From Macrostomum lignano (lineage: Eukaryota), in contig NIVC01001347.1 in NCBI GenBank assembly GCA_002269645.1, positions 1-64,000 of the forward strand: DNA of 64,000 nt, in the 5' to 3' direction. Numbering within the stretch: the first letter of the stretch is position 1; each line of letters opens with the position of its first letter. Made by a program: the position numbers and the translations under genes. The notes beneath the pieces are model-generated. The model did no database searches. It worked only from the letters and a program-made list of their open reading frames with translations, and was not told the origin of the DNA. Positions 51,450-64,000 of this stretch are shown piece after piece.

Positions 51450-52345
51450 CTGATCCCTTCAAACTTATCAGTGACCCTACTGTCCCTGCAGATCCATCAG
51501 TGACCTCATTGTCCCCCTGCATATCCACCAGTGACCCCACTGTCCCAGCAGATCCATCAGTGACCCCACTGTCTTTGCAGGTCCATTAGTGACCCACTAT
51601 TAATGCAGATTCATCAGTGACCCCACTGTCCTTGCAGGTCCATCAGTGACCCACTGTCCCTGCAGATTCATCAGTGACCCCACTGTCCTTGCAGGTCCAT
51701 CAGTGACCCCACTATTAATGCAGATTCATCAGTGACCTACTGTCCCTGCAGACCCACCAGTGACCCCACTGTCCCCGCAGACCCACCAGTGACCCCACTG
51801 TCCCCGCAGATCCATCAGTGACCCACTGTCCCCGCAGATCCATCAGTGACCCACTGTCCCCGCAGATCCATCAGTGACCCCACTGTCCTTGCAGGTCCAT
51901 CAGTGACCCCACTATTAATGCAGATTCATCAGTGACCCCACTGTCCCCGCAGATCCATCAGTGACCCTACTGTCCCCGCAGATCCATCAGTGACCCACTG
52001 TCCCCGCAGATCCATCAGTGACCCCACTATTAATGCAGATTCATCAGTGACCTACTGTCCCTACATATCCATCAGTGACCCCACTGTCCCCGCAGATCCA
52101 TCAGTGACCCTACTGTCCCCGCAGATCCATCAGTGACCCACTGTCCCCGCAGATCCATCAGTGACCCACTGTCCCTGCAGATCCATCAGTGACCCACTGT
52201 CCCTACAGATCCATCAGTGACCCCACTGTCCCCGCAGATCCATCAGTGACCCACTGTCCCTACAAATCCATCAGTGACCTACTGTCCCCGCAGATCCATC
52301 AGTGACCCACTGTCCCTACATATCCATCAGTGACTCCACTGTCTC
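51450..52345. repeat. 28-29-bp minisatellite (GATCCATCAGTGACCC[C]ACTGTCCCCGCA), ~30 copies, between H2A.Z and MCM4
   Basis: Direct tandem copies. Confidence 0.95.
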
Positions 52346-52675
52346 TGCAGATCTCCACGACTCCTTTGTGAATCCATCACTGTCCTCACTACTCCACGTA
52401 AATCATCTGTGACCCCGGTACAACCCATCTAAAGCATCATTGACCCTTAAAACCGTGAGTTATTTTGCTTAGGTTGAATAATTAGACTAGTCCCTACGTA
52501 GCTGATCAAAACCACCTATATATTACTACTAATCGATATAAATAATTAATTTTGCATTACTTGAAGTAGTACGCTATTTAAATTCTTTTCACTTCAGTTC
52601 AGCAAAAAGTTGCTAAATAAAGCCCGGCGTTTCCGCAGCACCGAAGCCATCAAATAGGTAAACAAAGCGACAGCC

Positions 52676-55600
52676 ATGTCCGAAGCGGACCGTCAGCAGT
52701 ATCAGCGACCCGGCGGCGAGCCGAGTGGCATCCACGACTCCGAGGTTGACTACAGCTCCCCGCTGCGCTACGGAACCGGCGGCGCTGGCGGCCCGCCGTC
52801 CGAGCAGCAGCCGACTTCGGTCTCCGGGGCCGGCGTCTCGTCCAATCGGTCCACCCAAAGGCCCGGCCTGCGCGAGGATCAGGCCGAGCGGCGCACCATC
52901 GCCTTGGAGCCGAACGCCGAGGACGGCGGCGTTGTCATCTGGGGCACCGATGTGAATGTCAGCCGGATTGAGCGGCTGTTCAGAACTTTTATTACTACAT
53001 TCACTCCGCAGGTGAGCGCTTCAGGAGAGTTGTGCTGAAATCTATATCGCCTTCCGCATCCTGATTCTGTAAATCACCTTCCGCATCCTCATTCTGTGAA
53101 TTCCCTTCCGCATCCTCATTCTGTAAATCACCTTCCGCATCCTCATTCTGTAAATCACCTTCCGCATCTCATTCTGTAAATCGCCTTCCGCATCCTCATT
53201 CTGCAAATTCCCTTCCGCATCCTTCTGTAAATCACCTTCCGCATCCTCAAATCGCCTTCCGCATCCTCATTCTGTAATCGCCTTCCGCATCCTCATTCTG
53301 TAAATCGCCTTCCGCATCCTCATTCTGTGAATTCCCTTCCGCATCCTCATTCTGTAAATCACCTTCCGCATCCTCATTCTGTAAATCACCTTCCGCATCT
53401 CATTCTGTGAATTCCCTTCCGCATCCTCATTCTGTAAATCACCTTCCGCATCCTCATTCTGTAAATCACCTTCCGCATCCTCATTCTGTAAATCGCCTTC
53501 CGCATCCTCATTCTGTAAATCGCCTTCCGCATCCTCATTCTGTAAATCACCTTCCGCATCCTCATTCTGTAAATCACCTTCCGCATCCTCATTCTGCAAA
53601 TTCCCTTCCGCATCCTTCTGTAAATCACCTTCCGCATCCTCAAATCGCCTTCCGCATCCTCATTCTGTAAATCGCCTTCCGCATCCTCATTCTGTAAATC
53701 GCCTTTCGCATCCTCATTCTGCAAATTCCCTTCCGCATCCTTCTGTAAATCGCCTTCCGCATCCTCAAATCGCCTTCCGCATCCTCATTCTGTGAATTCC
53801 CTTCCGCATCCTCATTCTGTAAATCGCCTTTCGCATCCTCATTCTGTAAATCGCCTTCCGCATCCTCATTCTGTAAATCACCTTCCGCATCCTCAAATCG
53901 CCTTCCGCATCCTCATTCTGTAAATTGCCTTCCGCATCCTCATTGTGTAAATTGCCTTCCGCATCCTCATTTTGTAAATCGCCTTCCGCATCCTCATTCT
54001 GTAAATTGCCTTCCGCATCCTCATTTTGTAAATCGCCTTCCGCATCCTCATTCTGTAAATTGTCTTCGGCATCCTCATTCTGTAAATCGCCTTCAACATC
54101 CTTATGCTATCAATCGCTTTCCACATCCTCATTCTGTACCTGTCTTCCTTAATCTCTTTCCAACTTCGTCTGTAGCCTTCTGTACTACGGCGAATATTTT
54201 CTGCAGTTGCACATCTTGTTACTCTGTAGGAAGGCGCCCCGCCGCACTACATGGGCAAACTAGAAGAGATCTACGTGCTTGGCGATCGTCACCTTGACAT
54301 TGATTGCGTCCACCTGCGCCAGTACTCCGCTGAGCTGTACCGCCAACTGGTCACTTACCCGGGTGAGGTGATTCCGGCTCTGGACGTGGTCACTAATGCC
54401 ATGTTCGCCGAGCAATACAGAGACGCAGTGCTCGAGCAAGAGATTATGGTGCGACCGTTTAACTGCGATCGGGCCAGGTCTCTGCGCGCCTTGGATCCCG
54501 AAGATATTGACCAGCTGGTGACTGTGCGGGGCATGGTCACCCGGCTGTCTCCCATCATACCGGAGATGCGAGTAGGCCTGTTCACCTGCTCCCTGTGCGA
54601 CCAGCAGGCGCAGAGTGTGCTAGACAGGGGCCGTATTGTTGAACCGGTGCTTTGTCCCACCTGTCAGGTGTGTGATTTATGATAATTGTAATTGTATCGA
54701 ATTAGGCTTTACTGTAGACAATTTTTCGAACGATTTATAATTTGCCAGTCTCCGGCGGGTTATTTTAATTAAATATCGAAAGTCGATAATATAAAAGCTA
54801 CTTAAGACGTGAGTTATGGAATTTTCCGAATTTAGTTTATTAATTTATTAGATAGATTTATTCATTCAGAGAAAAAAGGCGCCCCAACACCCAGCTAGGC
54901 CGATAAACAGTTTGACTTGTGTCTGACTTTGCCCTCTCTCCTTACTGCTCTCTTATTGGCTGAGCCAGGTTCGGCCTGCCCCCTAGACGGAGTTTCGTCC
55001 GTCTCACATCTCTCCTTACTGCTCTCCCATTGGCTCAGCTAGATTGGGCATTTCCCCTATGCGGAGTTTTGTCCGGCTCACATCTCTCCTTACCGCTCTC
55101 TCATTGGCTGAGCCAGATTGGGCCTGCTCCCATAGGCTGGGTTTCGTCTGTCTGGCGTTCACTTTTGTACATCGAGTTAAATGCTGAGCAGATCTGAGGC
55201 CGAGGAAAGCAAGGGAAATTTCAGCTTCCACAATAAATTTTAAAGTCATTGCGTAGACGAACTACTGAAAAGAGTAGAAGCTACTTTTTCACAATTTTAG
55301 TTGTGAGTGACTTTAGGAGTTTTTCTAAAAAAGATAGAACGATTTTCCGGGATACTATTTACTTTTATATCTTATGTTTTTTTCCGAGATGAGACTTGCC
55401 TTTTTCGGGAGCTATTTTTGTAAAACCTCTACATAAAAGTGTGTGTATAAAGGCTTCAATGATGACAGCTTGTAGCAATTTAAGTCCAGCTGTCGAAGAG
55501 CTAAAATATGCAATGCCATCCGACTATTCAGGGTCGCAACAGTTTCGATCTGGTGCACAATCGGAGCAAATTCACCGACAAGCAGCGGGTTAAACTGCAA

Positions 55601-58600
55601 GAATCGCCGGATGAAATGCCAGCTGGACAGACGCCGCAGACTTTATTGGTATACGCCTACGGCGATCTGGTTGACACTGTGCTACCTGGAGACCGGGTCA
55701 CCATCACCGGGATCTATCGGGCCACGCCAATGCGAGCTAATCCCAGGTATGAATGTCCAGTTCTAGGCTTAGCATCGATACTAATTAAAGTGAGCTGTTT
55801 ATGCATTCTTTAAAGCCGTCGCATCGCCCACCCCCACCCTACGCAGGCAGACGTCCATTCTGTCCGTGTTCCAGACCCACATCGACGTGGTGCACTTCGA
55901 ACGCGAGAAGAGCGGCCCAGACGATATTGGCGACGGTAGCAACTGTCTGAGCCCGGCCCGGGTTGAACAGCTGCGCTCGCTCAATCAGAAGGCCGATCTG
56001 TACGAGCGACTCAGCGCGGCCATAGCGCCGTCAATCTACGAGCACGAGGATATTAAAAAGGGCTTATTGCTGCAACTATTTGGCGGGGCTGATAAGCACT
56101 TTAAAGATGCTGGCCACTTCCGATCAGAGATTAACATTCTGCTGTGCGGAGACCCGGGCACGTCCAAGTCTCAGCTGCTGCACTATATCTACCGGCTCAT
56201 GCCCAGGGGCCAGTACACGTCTGGCAAGGGCTCATCGGCTGTAGGATTGACAGCCTACGTTACTAAGGAGCCTGACACTGGCCAGGTGGCTCTGCAAACT
56301 GGTGCCCTGGTGCTGGCTGACAGGGGTAAGCGCTTAGTTGCTGGCGGCTGCGTGTGCGTAATGTTGCATGCCGACATGTCTGTCTGTCTATTTGCATGCC
56401 CATGTGTCTTAGTGTCTGCTTGTATGCATGTCCATGTGTCTTAGTCTGCTTGTATGCATGTCCATGTGTCTTAGTGTCTGCCTGTATGCATGTCCATGTG
56501 TCTTAGTGTCTGCTTGTATGCATGTCCATGTGTCTTAGTGTCTGCTTGTATGCTTGTCCATGTGTCTTAGTGTCTGCTTGTATGCATGTCCATGTGTCTT
56601 AGTGTCTGTATGCATGTCAATTGTCAATGTGTCTAGTGTCTGCTTGTATGCATGTCCATGTGTCTCAGTGTCTGTCTGTATGCATTTCCATGTGTCTTAG
56701 TGTCTGCTTGTATGCATGTCCATGTGTCTTAGTGTCTGTATGCATGTCAATTGTCAATGTGTCTAGTGTCTGCTTGTATGCATGTCCATGTGTCTTAGTG
56801 TCTGCTTGTATGCATGTCCATGTGTCTTAGTGTCTGTATGCCTGTATGCATGTAAATTGTCAATGTGTCTAGTGTCTGCTTCTATGCATGTTTATGTGTC
56901 TTAGTGTCTGCTTGTATGCATGTCCATGTGTCTCAGTGTCTGTCTGTATGCATGTCCATGTGTCTTAGTGTCTGCTTGTATACATGTCCATGTGTCTCAG
57001 TGTCTGTCTGTATGCATTTCCATGTGTCTTAGTGTCTGCTAGTATGCATGTCCATGTGTCTTTGGGTCTGTCTTCTTGTATGCATTTCTATGTGTCTTAG
57101 TGTCTGCTTTTATGCATGTTCATGTGTCTTAGTGTCTGCTTGTATGCATGTCCATGTGTCTTAGTGTCTGCTTGTATGCATGTCCATGTGAATAAATATG
57201 TGTCTGTCTCTATCTCTGTTTTTATGCCTGTAGTATTTCAGAATCACCGACCGGTCGTTTCTACTGAAAGCAGGCACACACGTGTGGGTGGCTACTCACA
57301 CGTGTTTGTGTTGCAAGTATAAAAACGAATGGATTGATTTCTAAAGTTGTCCAAATGTATTTGTATGCCGTTCATTTTCTACCAAGCCAGTCCTCATCCT
57401 TCAATTAATTAATCAACAGGCATCTGCTGCATCGACGAGTTCGACAAGATGACCGACCACACCCGATCGATTCTGCACGAGGTGATGGAACAGCAGACCC
57501 TGTCTCTGGCCAAGGCCGGCATTATTTGCCAGCTGAACGCGCGCACTTCAATCCTAGCCGCTGCCAATCCTGCCCACTCCAATTGGGACATGCGCAAGAG
57601 CATAGTTGAGAATGTTCAACTAGGCCACGCCCTGCTCAGCCGTTTCGATCTCATCTTTCTCATGCTGGATCCGCAGGACGAGATGTACGATGCCCGTCTG
57701 GCCAGACACCTGGTCAGCTGCTACTACCGCGGCCAGGACGCCATGGCCGATGAGTCGGCCGACGCGCAGCTTATGCGCGACTACATTGGCTACGCTAAGG
57801 CCAACTTCCAGCCGAAACTGTCCGAAGAAGCGCGCATCTATCTGGTGTCCGAGTACGTTGAGATGCGCCGCATTGCCGGCCGCGGCGCCGTGTCCGCCTA
57901 TCCGCGCCAGCTCGAATCGTTGATCCGTCTGGCCGAGGCGCACGCCAGGATGCGCTGGAGCAGCGAGGTCACCAAGACCGATTGTCAGGAGGCGCGTAGA
58001 CTGCAGCGGGAGGCCTTGAAACAGGCGGCCACTGATCCGGCTACAGGGCTCATTGATGTTAATATTCTCACTACGGGTGAGTGTTGCTTGTGTCTAGTGT
58101 AGACATTTAGGCTTTTGATCCCTTCTGTTGTCTGTTGATCTCGCATCGTGTCTGCATTTGTCTGTCTGTTGATATTGTATCATTTCTGTATTTGTCTGCT
58201 GTAAATCTCGAGTCTGTAAATTTCTGCTATCAATCTCGAGTCTGTAACTGTCTGCTGTCAATCTCGAGTCGGTAATGTCTGCTGTCAATATCGAGTCTGT
58301 AACTGTCTGCTGTCAATCCTGAGTCTGTAACTGTCTGCTGTCAATCTGGAGTCTGTAACTTCTGCTGTCAATCTCGAGTCGGTAATGTCTGCTGTCAATC
58401 TGGAGTCTGTAACTGTCTGCTGTCAATCTCGAGTCGGTAATGTCTGCTGTCAATATCGAGTCTGTAACTGTCTGCTGTCAATCTCGAGTCGGTAATGTCT
58501 GCTGTCAATATCGAGTCTGTAACTGTCTGCTGTCAATCCTGAGTCTGTTACTGTCTGCTGTCAATCCTGAGTCTGTTACTGTCTGCTGTCAATCTCGAGT

Positions 58601-59800
58601 CTGTAACTGTCTGCTGTCAATCTGGAGTCTGTAACTGTCTGCTGTCAATCCTGAGTCTGTTACTGTCTGCTGTCAATCTGGAGTCTGTAACTTCTGCTGT
58701 CAATCTCGAGTCTGTAACTGTCTGCTGTCAATCCTGAGTCTGTTACTGTCTGCTGTCAATCTGGAGTCTGTAACTGTCTGCTGTCAATCTCGAGTCGGTA
58801 ATGTCTGCTGTCAATATCGAGTCTGTTACTGTCTGCTGTCAATCTCGAGTCTGTAACTGTCTGCTGTCAATCCTGAGTCTGTTACTGTCTGCTGTCAATC
58901 TGGAGTCTGTAACTTCTGCTGTCAATCTCGAGTCGGTAATGTCTGCTGTCAATATCGAGTCTGTAACTGTCTGCTGTCAATCTGGAGTCTGTAACTTCTG
59001 CTGTCAATCTCGAGTCGGTAATGTCTGCTGTCAATCTGGAGTCTGTAACTGTCTGCTGTCAATCTCGAGTCGATAATGTCTGCTGTCAATATCGAGTCTG
59101 TAACTGTCTGCTGTCAATCCTGAGTCTGTTACTGTCTGCTGTCAATCTCGAGTCTGTAATGTCTGCTGTCAATATCGAGTCTGTAACTGTCTGCTGTCAA
59201 TCCTGAGTCTGTAACTGTCTGCTGTCAATCTGGAGTCTGTATCTTCTGCTGTCAATCTCGAGTCGGTAATGTCTGCTGTCAATCTGGAGTCTGTAACTGT
59301 CTGCTGTCAATCTCGAGTCGGTAATGTCTGCTGTCAATCTCGAGTCTGTAACTGTCTGCTGTCAATATCGAGTCTGTAACTGTCTGCTGTCAATATCGAG
59401 TCTGTTACTGTCTGCTGTCAATCTCGAGTCTGTAACTGTCTGCTGTCAATCTCGAGTCTGTAACTGTCTGCTGTCAACCTGTCTACACGGCGGCACTGGT
59501 CAAATTGACAGCAGATAGCCACCGGACAAGTCCGTACACGAACCCTCAATAAGAGTCATGATACCATTTTGTGCAGGAATGTCTGCCTCCCTGCGCAAAC
59601 GCCGCACAGAGGTGGCCCAGGCTGTGACCGCCTATCTGGAGGACAGCGGCGCCAAGGTGCTGACGATGCAGAAACTGCTGGAGGAGGTCCGCTCCCGCAC
59701 AGAGCGACTCATTAGCCGCGACCTGCTGGAGGACGCGCTCAACCAGCTGCGCGTTGAAGGCCGGATCGACTGGAGCGGCAACACGGTGCGGCGCAGATAG
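52676..59800 (+). CDS. MCM4: DNA replication licensing factor MCM4, 782 aa; exons 52676-53011, 54230-54667, 55532-55746, 55847-56325, 57420-58076, 59577-59800
   Basis: [84 protein letters not shown] (Walker A), CCIDEFDKM (Walker B), [10 protein letters not shown] (Arg finger), [15 protein letters not shown]. All five introns are GT-AG and in phase; total 2349 nt. Confidence 0.97.
53045..54130. repeat. 27-bp minisatellite (CCTTCCGCATCCTCATTCTGTAAATCA), ~40 copies, MCM4 intron 1
   Basis: Direct tandem copies with recurring deletion variants. Confidence 0.96.
54880..55317 (-). mobile_element. Copy 3 of the CCAAT-array element (3 units, one end truncated), MCM4 intron 2
   Basis: Reverse complement of the unit (CTCTCCTTACTGCTCTC..ATTGGCTGAGC) occurs three times, plus homology to the left flank of copies 1 and 2. 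Confidence 0.75.
56385..57190. repeat. 32-bp minisatellite (GTGTCTTAGTGTCTGCTTGTATGCATGTCCAT), ~25 copies, MCM4 intron 4
   Basis: Direct tandem copies. Confidence 0.95.
58190..59480. repeat. 26-28-bp minisatellite (CTGTCTGCTGTCAATCTCGAGTCTGTAA), ~45 copies, MCM4 intron 5
   Basis: Direct tandem copies. Confidence 0.95.
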
Positions 59801-60661
59801 GTAGGGAGGACGGCCTGATGTGAACGGGCGATCTTGGACAAGAATTATCCATTCTAAATTGTGCCATTTTTAAGCAAATTTATTTCTCAAATATTTTACT
59901 GACTTCGCTAGTATTGCTGCATTTTCAATTGAATTATTTTTGCAATGTCCTTCTTTTTCAGTTGGTCTTTTTAGGCAATAAGTTAAATTAATTAACTATT
60001 TTCTTTAACTCCCAATTTTACTGCATTTTGCTGGTTTTCAACCTTCCGCGATTCAACATTTTCAAGTGCGAGCTAGCACGAGTATTTAGTGCTTAATAAA
60101 CTTTATTAAAATACAAATCGCGACTATGATACGATTGGTGCTTCAAACGGTATTAAACCTACAATACAGACATCGTTAGCCTTGCTTTTTCATTGCACTG
60201 TCTTCCTTCTGTGCAATTGGCATTCATACTATATAGCTGCAGTTGAATGAGGAGCACCTGAACTCGACATTGTACGAGCTAATGAAGTACGTTCTTGAAG
60301 TGACTCCCTTTAAGCCTTGCTCAATACCGCCAGATATTCGGTTGGATCGAAGAGGACTTGCTTAAAAAGTGCCGCTTGTACTATTGTTGCAAATAATTTC
60401 TGCCGTCGAGAGGCCTCGTACTGTCATGTCAATTCATCGTCTTCAATTAGGAATTTAGATTCCACTGGAATTGAGGGATTTCTTATACAATGTATTTTTC
60501 TCCCTCGACGAAATGTTCTCGTTCGGGAAATGTCTGTGAAGGAAGCCAATTTGACCTTATTGACAATGGTAGTTTGCGGCGCGAGTGTTACGGTCATTAT
60601 CTACGAGTACTGACGTAACCTACGACGCAACGGCATTTATAAATGACACACATTGGCCATG

Positions 60662-61003
60662 ATGTCAGGTCATCAAGGGTGGCCATAATGTCAGGTCATC
60701 AAGGGTGGCCATAATGTCAGGTCATCAAGGGTGGCCATAACGTCAAGTCATCAAGGGTGGCCATAATGTCAGGTCATCAAGGGTGGCCATAATGTCAGGT
60801 CATCAAGGGTGGCCATAATGTCAGGTCATCAAGGGTGGCCATAATGTCAGGTCATCAAGGGTGGCCATAATGTCAGGTCATCAAGGGTGGCCATAACGTC
60901 AGGTCATCAAGGGTGGCCATAATGTCAGGTCATCAAGGGTGGCCATAATGTCAGGTCATCAAGGGTGGCCATAATGTCAGGTCATCAAGGGTGGCCATAA
61001 TGT
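60662..61003. repeat. 26-bp minisatellite (ATGTCAGGTCATCAAGGGTGGCCATA), ~13 near-identical copies
   Basis: Period 26 measured (60662 to 60688). Confidence 0.96.
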
Positions 61004-61526
61004 CTATGCCTATGCCTGCTTATGCCTAAAGCTTTGTGCAACTCAAATTCTCATTGATTTAAAGCCTATAGAAAGCCATGTCTAAGTGTCGTTTGAGTCA
61101 TCAATGCTTGCTCTTTTTAGATGCTGATTCATATTGCAATAAAAAATACGTAAATAGATTCCCATTCCCTTATCTGATTGATGGGGAAAAACTGTCGAAA
61201 ACAATTCGATGGGCAGGCGAAAGGTTAGAATTGAATTTTCCTCTAAATATTAACGAAAATTTCTATCTCAGTTGCCATGGTAACAGGGCGAAGGAGGTGT
61301 CTAATTAACACAGACTGCTGGAGCCCGGCCCTGTTTCGTTTTTTTCTCCAAGCACGCGAAAACCTAATCCCCTGGTGATAGCCATCTCTCCTTCATTGGC
61401 TGGAGTCTGGCTGCTCATCTGAGAATAAATCTTAGCTGCTCAGACTGCTCAGACCCTGGCTCGCTAGGAAAACATCCATCTTAACCTCCTATACGTTTGC
61501 GACAGCCATCCTAGCTCAGTTCGAAA

Positions 61527-63896
61527 ATGGTGAGTCTTAAATTAATATGCATAGTGCATTTAAAACCAAATGCAACTCCTGCGATCTTAGCAATCAAGTT
61601 TGTTCCCGACCTGTATATACATGAAGGGCAGTCCATGACCGAGATGTTTGTCTATGGTACAACCCCACATGCACATGTATTTCCATCCGTCCAGCATACT
61701 AAAAGTGAATGCGCGTGTGACACGTTCGTTTGAAAGCGAACCCTTGGACTGATCTACTCCATTTTTGTACCATTTAATGATTTGATCATATATTGTATGA
61801 TTCATTTTTCTTTGCTTGAGTTAATGAAAAGTGCCTCTAAAAGGTCCTTAATTTCATTTCCTTCATGTCCATTTGCTTTGCGTCTATTGTTAACCGAGCT
61901 TTGCCATTGACCAACTTCCCCACTCAGACCCAATAATCATGATTGTTCAACGGTAGACGGATGTCTATGGCCACGCCAGGCCACGCCAAACAGATTGGCC
62001 TTTTTGACTTTATTTTAGGCAAAAACGAATTGAAACGATTTGAAACAATTAGCGCAATTGAAACAGTAACGCAACTGACAGCAGCATGTGCTGCACTCCC
62101 TCTGTCCATTGTCAAAATACAGATGCAGATGCTCAGTGGGGCTCCTGGGGCGGTCCGATCGTGAAAGTGCAGTTGGTGAAACTTTGTTGGTCTTTGGCAA
62201 CGATTGCACCTCCGCTTCGTCCATCTCCTTCTCCGCTCCAACTTTCGGAACACCGTCGGGTCCCACCTCCGGTAGGATGACGCCCAGAATGTCGTCGTCA
62301 TTCTGCCCGGGATCTTCCAGGTAGGCTATGAAACGAGAAAGGTCGTCGTCGTCCCTATGATCGGCCGAACTTAGATGCGTCAAGAGTCGCAACTCTGGTG
62401 CGGTGACACCGTTTAAGGCGTCAACAGGTAGATTAGCCCAATTTATCATTTGCAAGTTTAAGGCGCTCACTGGTGGTTCAGACTGTTCAGGCTTGGGGCT
62501 TCTACTCTTGCCTTCCTTCCTTCCTTCCATCCTTCCGTCAGCTTTAGCCAATGTTTTTTTGTCTATGGTCCATCCTTCTCCTCTGCCCAGCCAATCCTCA
62601 CGAACAAGTAGAGCTATTTTTATACCGTCATTGAGCAACGTTGCTCAATGACGGTTTGTGCAACGGAGGAAATCTTGTCGGGTGCGTTTGTCAATGTTGT
62701 TGTGTATGCGGTTGCCTCATAGACAATAAGAATTGTCACTCGTGGCTTCGCCACTCGTGACAATTTCTTATTGTCTATCTCGGCAACCGCATACACAACT
62801 TACCATTATTCTATGGCCTACCCGAGCCTTAATGATTGTCCAAGGAACGCCATTATTCCAGGCTTCCAACGCGCATTTCAACCATAGACAATACAGTTTA
62901 TTTAACAGAAGTGACGATAAATACACTAGGCAATTGAGAATATGCTCGTACATACATGTAAATATAAAACATGCGTATTATAACCTGGCCCTGCCTTAGA
63001 AAACAGACCCTTTAAAGAGTCTTTAGTCTAGGAAAATCATAGTCCATGGTCGACCGAATACCCTCTAACTCTTCCCTTTAGTCTTTCTATCCAAGCTCTA
63101 AAATTGATCGCGGGACTCGGGTAGGCCATAGAATAATGAGCGTTTTTTGACGAGTGGCAGTCGATCATTATTTAAGGCTAATACATACTACACAATCTAC
63201 CATTGATACTTGAAGACTGCCCTGGAATTGTAACTTCATACGAGACAACAGCAGAGCTAATTGCGGCTGTTTCTCTTGCTGAAGGTGCCTTAGGTGCATA
63301 TGACATAGTTTCAACACTCATACATCTCATTCTAAATGTCAATCATGAAATTTATCAGCGAGAGATGCTACTAATATCGAAATGCTTCGTTTGATTGAGA
63401 GAGGACACACCCCTACGAGGTACTCAGCCATCTGTAATTACTCTTCGTCTCCTTTACGATCGGCATAGGATGCGTTATAAATCCCTGCGTATTTTTGACC
63501 CCGCAATCAATCGCGATTCCTTTGCACTTCTGATGCATCAAGTCAGCACTGATGGACACGTCATGCAGTCAATGTGGGTGACTATAACTGCTTTTTTCAT
63601 GTGCAACTCTACTTGAATTCCCAGTTCGGCCACATCCACTTCTGCGCCAAACAGATGGTGCTGGAGAAATTCGACGAGAAGACCTGGGCTAAAATCCTGT
63701 GAGTTTCAAAACAGTGAGATCGTTGCTTTCTAGAGATGATAGCACTCCGCAATCACTGCTGCTACTCAACTGTAACCTGTGAATGCCCATTGCAGCCTCA
63801 CGGCAGAACTCGACGACTACGAAGATTTCCAACTTTTAAAGGGCTACCCGGATCGGAAGACTTTTCTGCTGATTGAGACCATCTCTAAAGTTGTTG
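61527..63896 (+). CDS. H-NOX-domain soluble guanylyl cyclase subunit, 3'-partial; coding exons 61527-61529 (ATG, inferred), 63625-63698, 63796-63896
   Basis: ATG|GTGAGT donor at 61530. The exons encode FGHIHFCAKQMVLEKFDEKTWAKIL and LTAELDDYEDFQLLKGYPDRKTFLLIETISKVV, the H-NOX N-terminus (M(Y/F)G..H...W..I...Y.D..T..L). Exon lengths 74 and 101 nt with phases 0/2/1 match my recollection of sGC-beta gene structure. Not in the supplied ORF track. Confidence 0.8.
62015..62638 (-). other. Orphan 207-codon ORF (acidic middle, Cys-rich C-terminus) antisense inside sGC intron 1
   Basis: Open frame with an acidic segment (DHRDDDDL...QNDDDIL) and CSTCCCQLRYCFNCANC; family not recognised. The frame begins at TTG, with the first ATG further in. 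Confidence 0.35.
62624..62799. other. Two adjacent fold-back structures: a 32-bp perfect palindrome (62624-62655) and a 101-nt hairpin (62699-62799)
   Basis: ACCGTCATTGAGCAAC/GTTGCTCAATGACGGT. The hairpin has stems of 18+14+7+5 bp, small internal loops and a 3-nt loop. Confidence 0.95.
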
Positions 63897-64000
63897 GTAA
63901 GCCAATGCGCTGATTTGTAGGCGAAATTTTATGAATACCAACTCAAGTCTTTTGATGTACCGTCACTCTTCCCTGCGGGTCTGTGATGTACCGTCACTCT

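Noticed and set aside
53267-59518. Periodic ORFs ([25 protein letters not shown])
   Set aside because: MCM4 intronic minisatellites; MCM4 splices in frame around them.
60317-60613. 98-aa ORF downstream of MCM4
   Set aside because: No motif, non-ATG start and no supporting splice sites.
60662-61003. Regular ~26-bp repeats resembling a CRISPR array (also 16680-17098 and 51450-52345)
   Set aside because: The repeats are head-to-tail with no unique spacers, there are no cas genes, and the context is eukaryotic.

Overview
Eukaryotic (animal) genomic DNA with GC-rich exons, GT-AG introns, CAG/polyQ tracts and many intronic minisatellites. The style resembles a free-living flatworm such as Macrostomum, but that is an inference I cannot verify here. 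Left part: a 3-exon LicD-family gene on + (5' end outside the window, with a mariner relic in intron 2), then six consecutive minus-strand genes: DUS2 exon 1, a tetraspanin, AIMP3/EEF1E1-like, SRBD1/Tex (5 exons), an ATRIP-like gene (4 exons) and an essential myosin light chain. Centre (~24.5-45.7 kb): a gene-free, AT-rich, CpG-decayed block of nested transposon relics (Helitron-like pieces, MITEs, Tc1 fossils) and a 1.3-kb purine tract. Right part: five plus-strand genes: a YAE1-like ORF whose stop overlaps the TGS1 start codon, TGS1, H2A.Z, MCM4 (6 exons) and the first three exons of an H-NOX/soluble guanylyl cyclase gene. Splice models were worked out by hand; each preserves reading frame across its junctions. 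Most interesting observations: the YAE1/TGS1 8-nt overlap with a splice acceptor inside YAE1; methylation-type CpG decay between two copies of one MITE; a double-hairpin plus orphan ORF inside sGC intron 1; and a dispersed element carrying a variable tandem array of CCAAT boxes.
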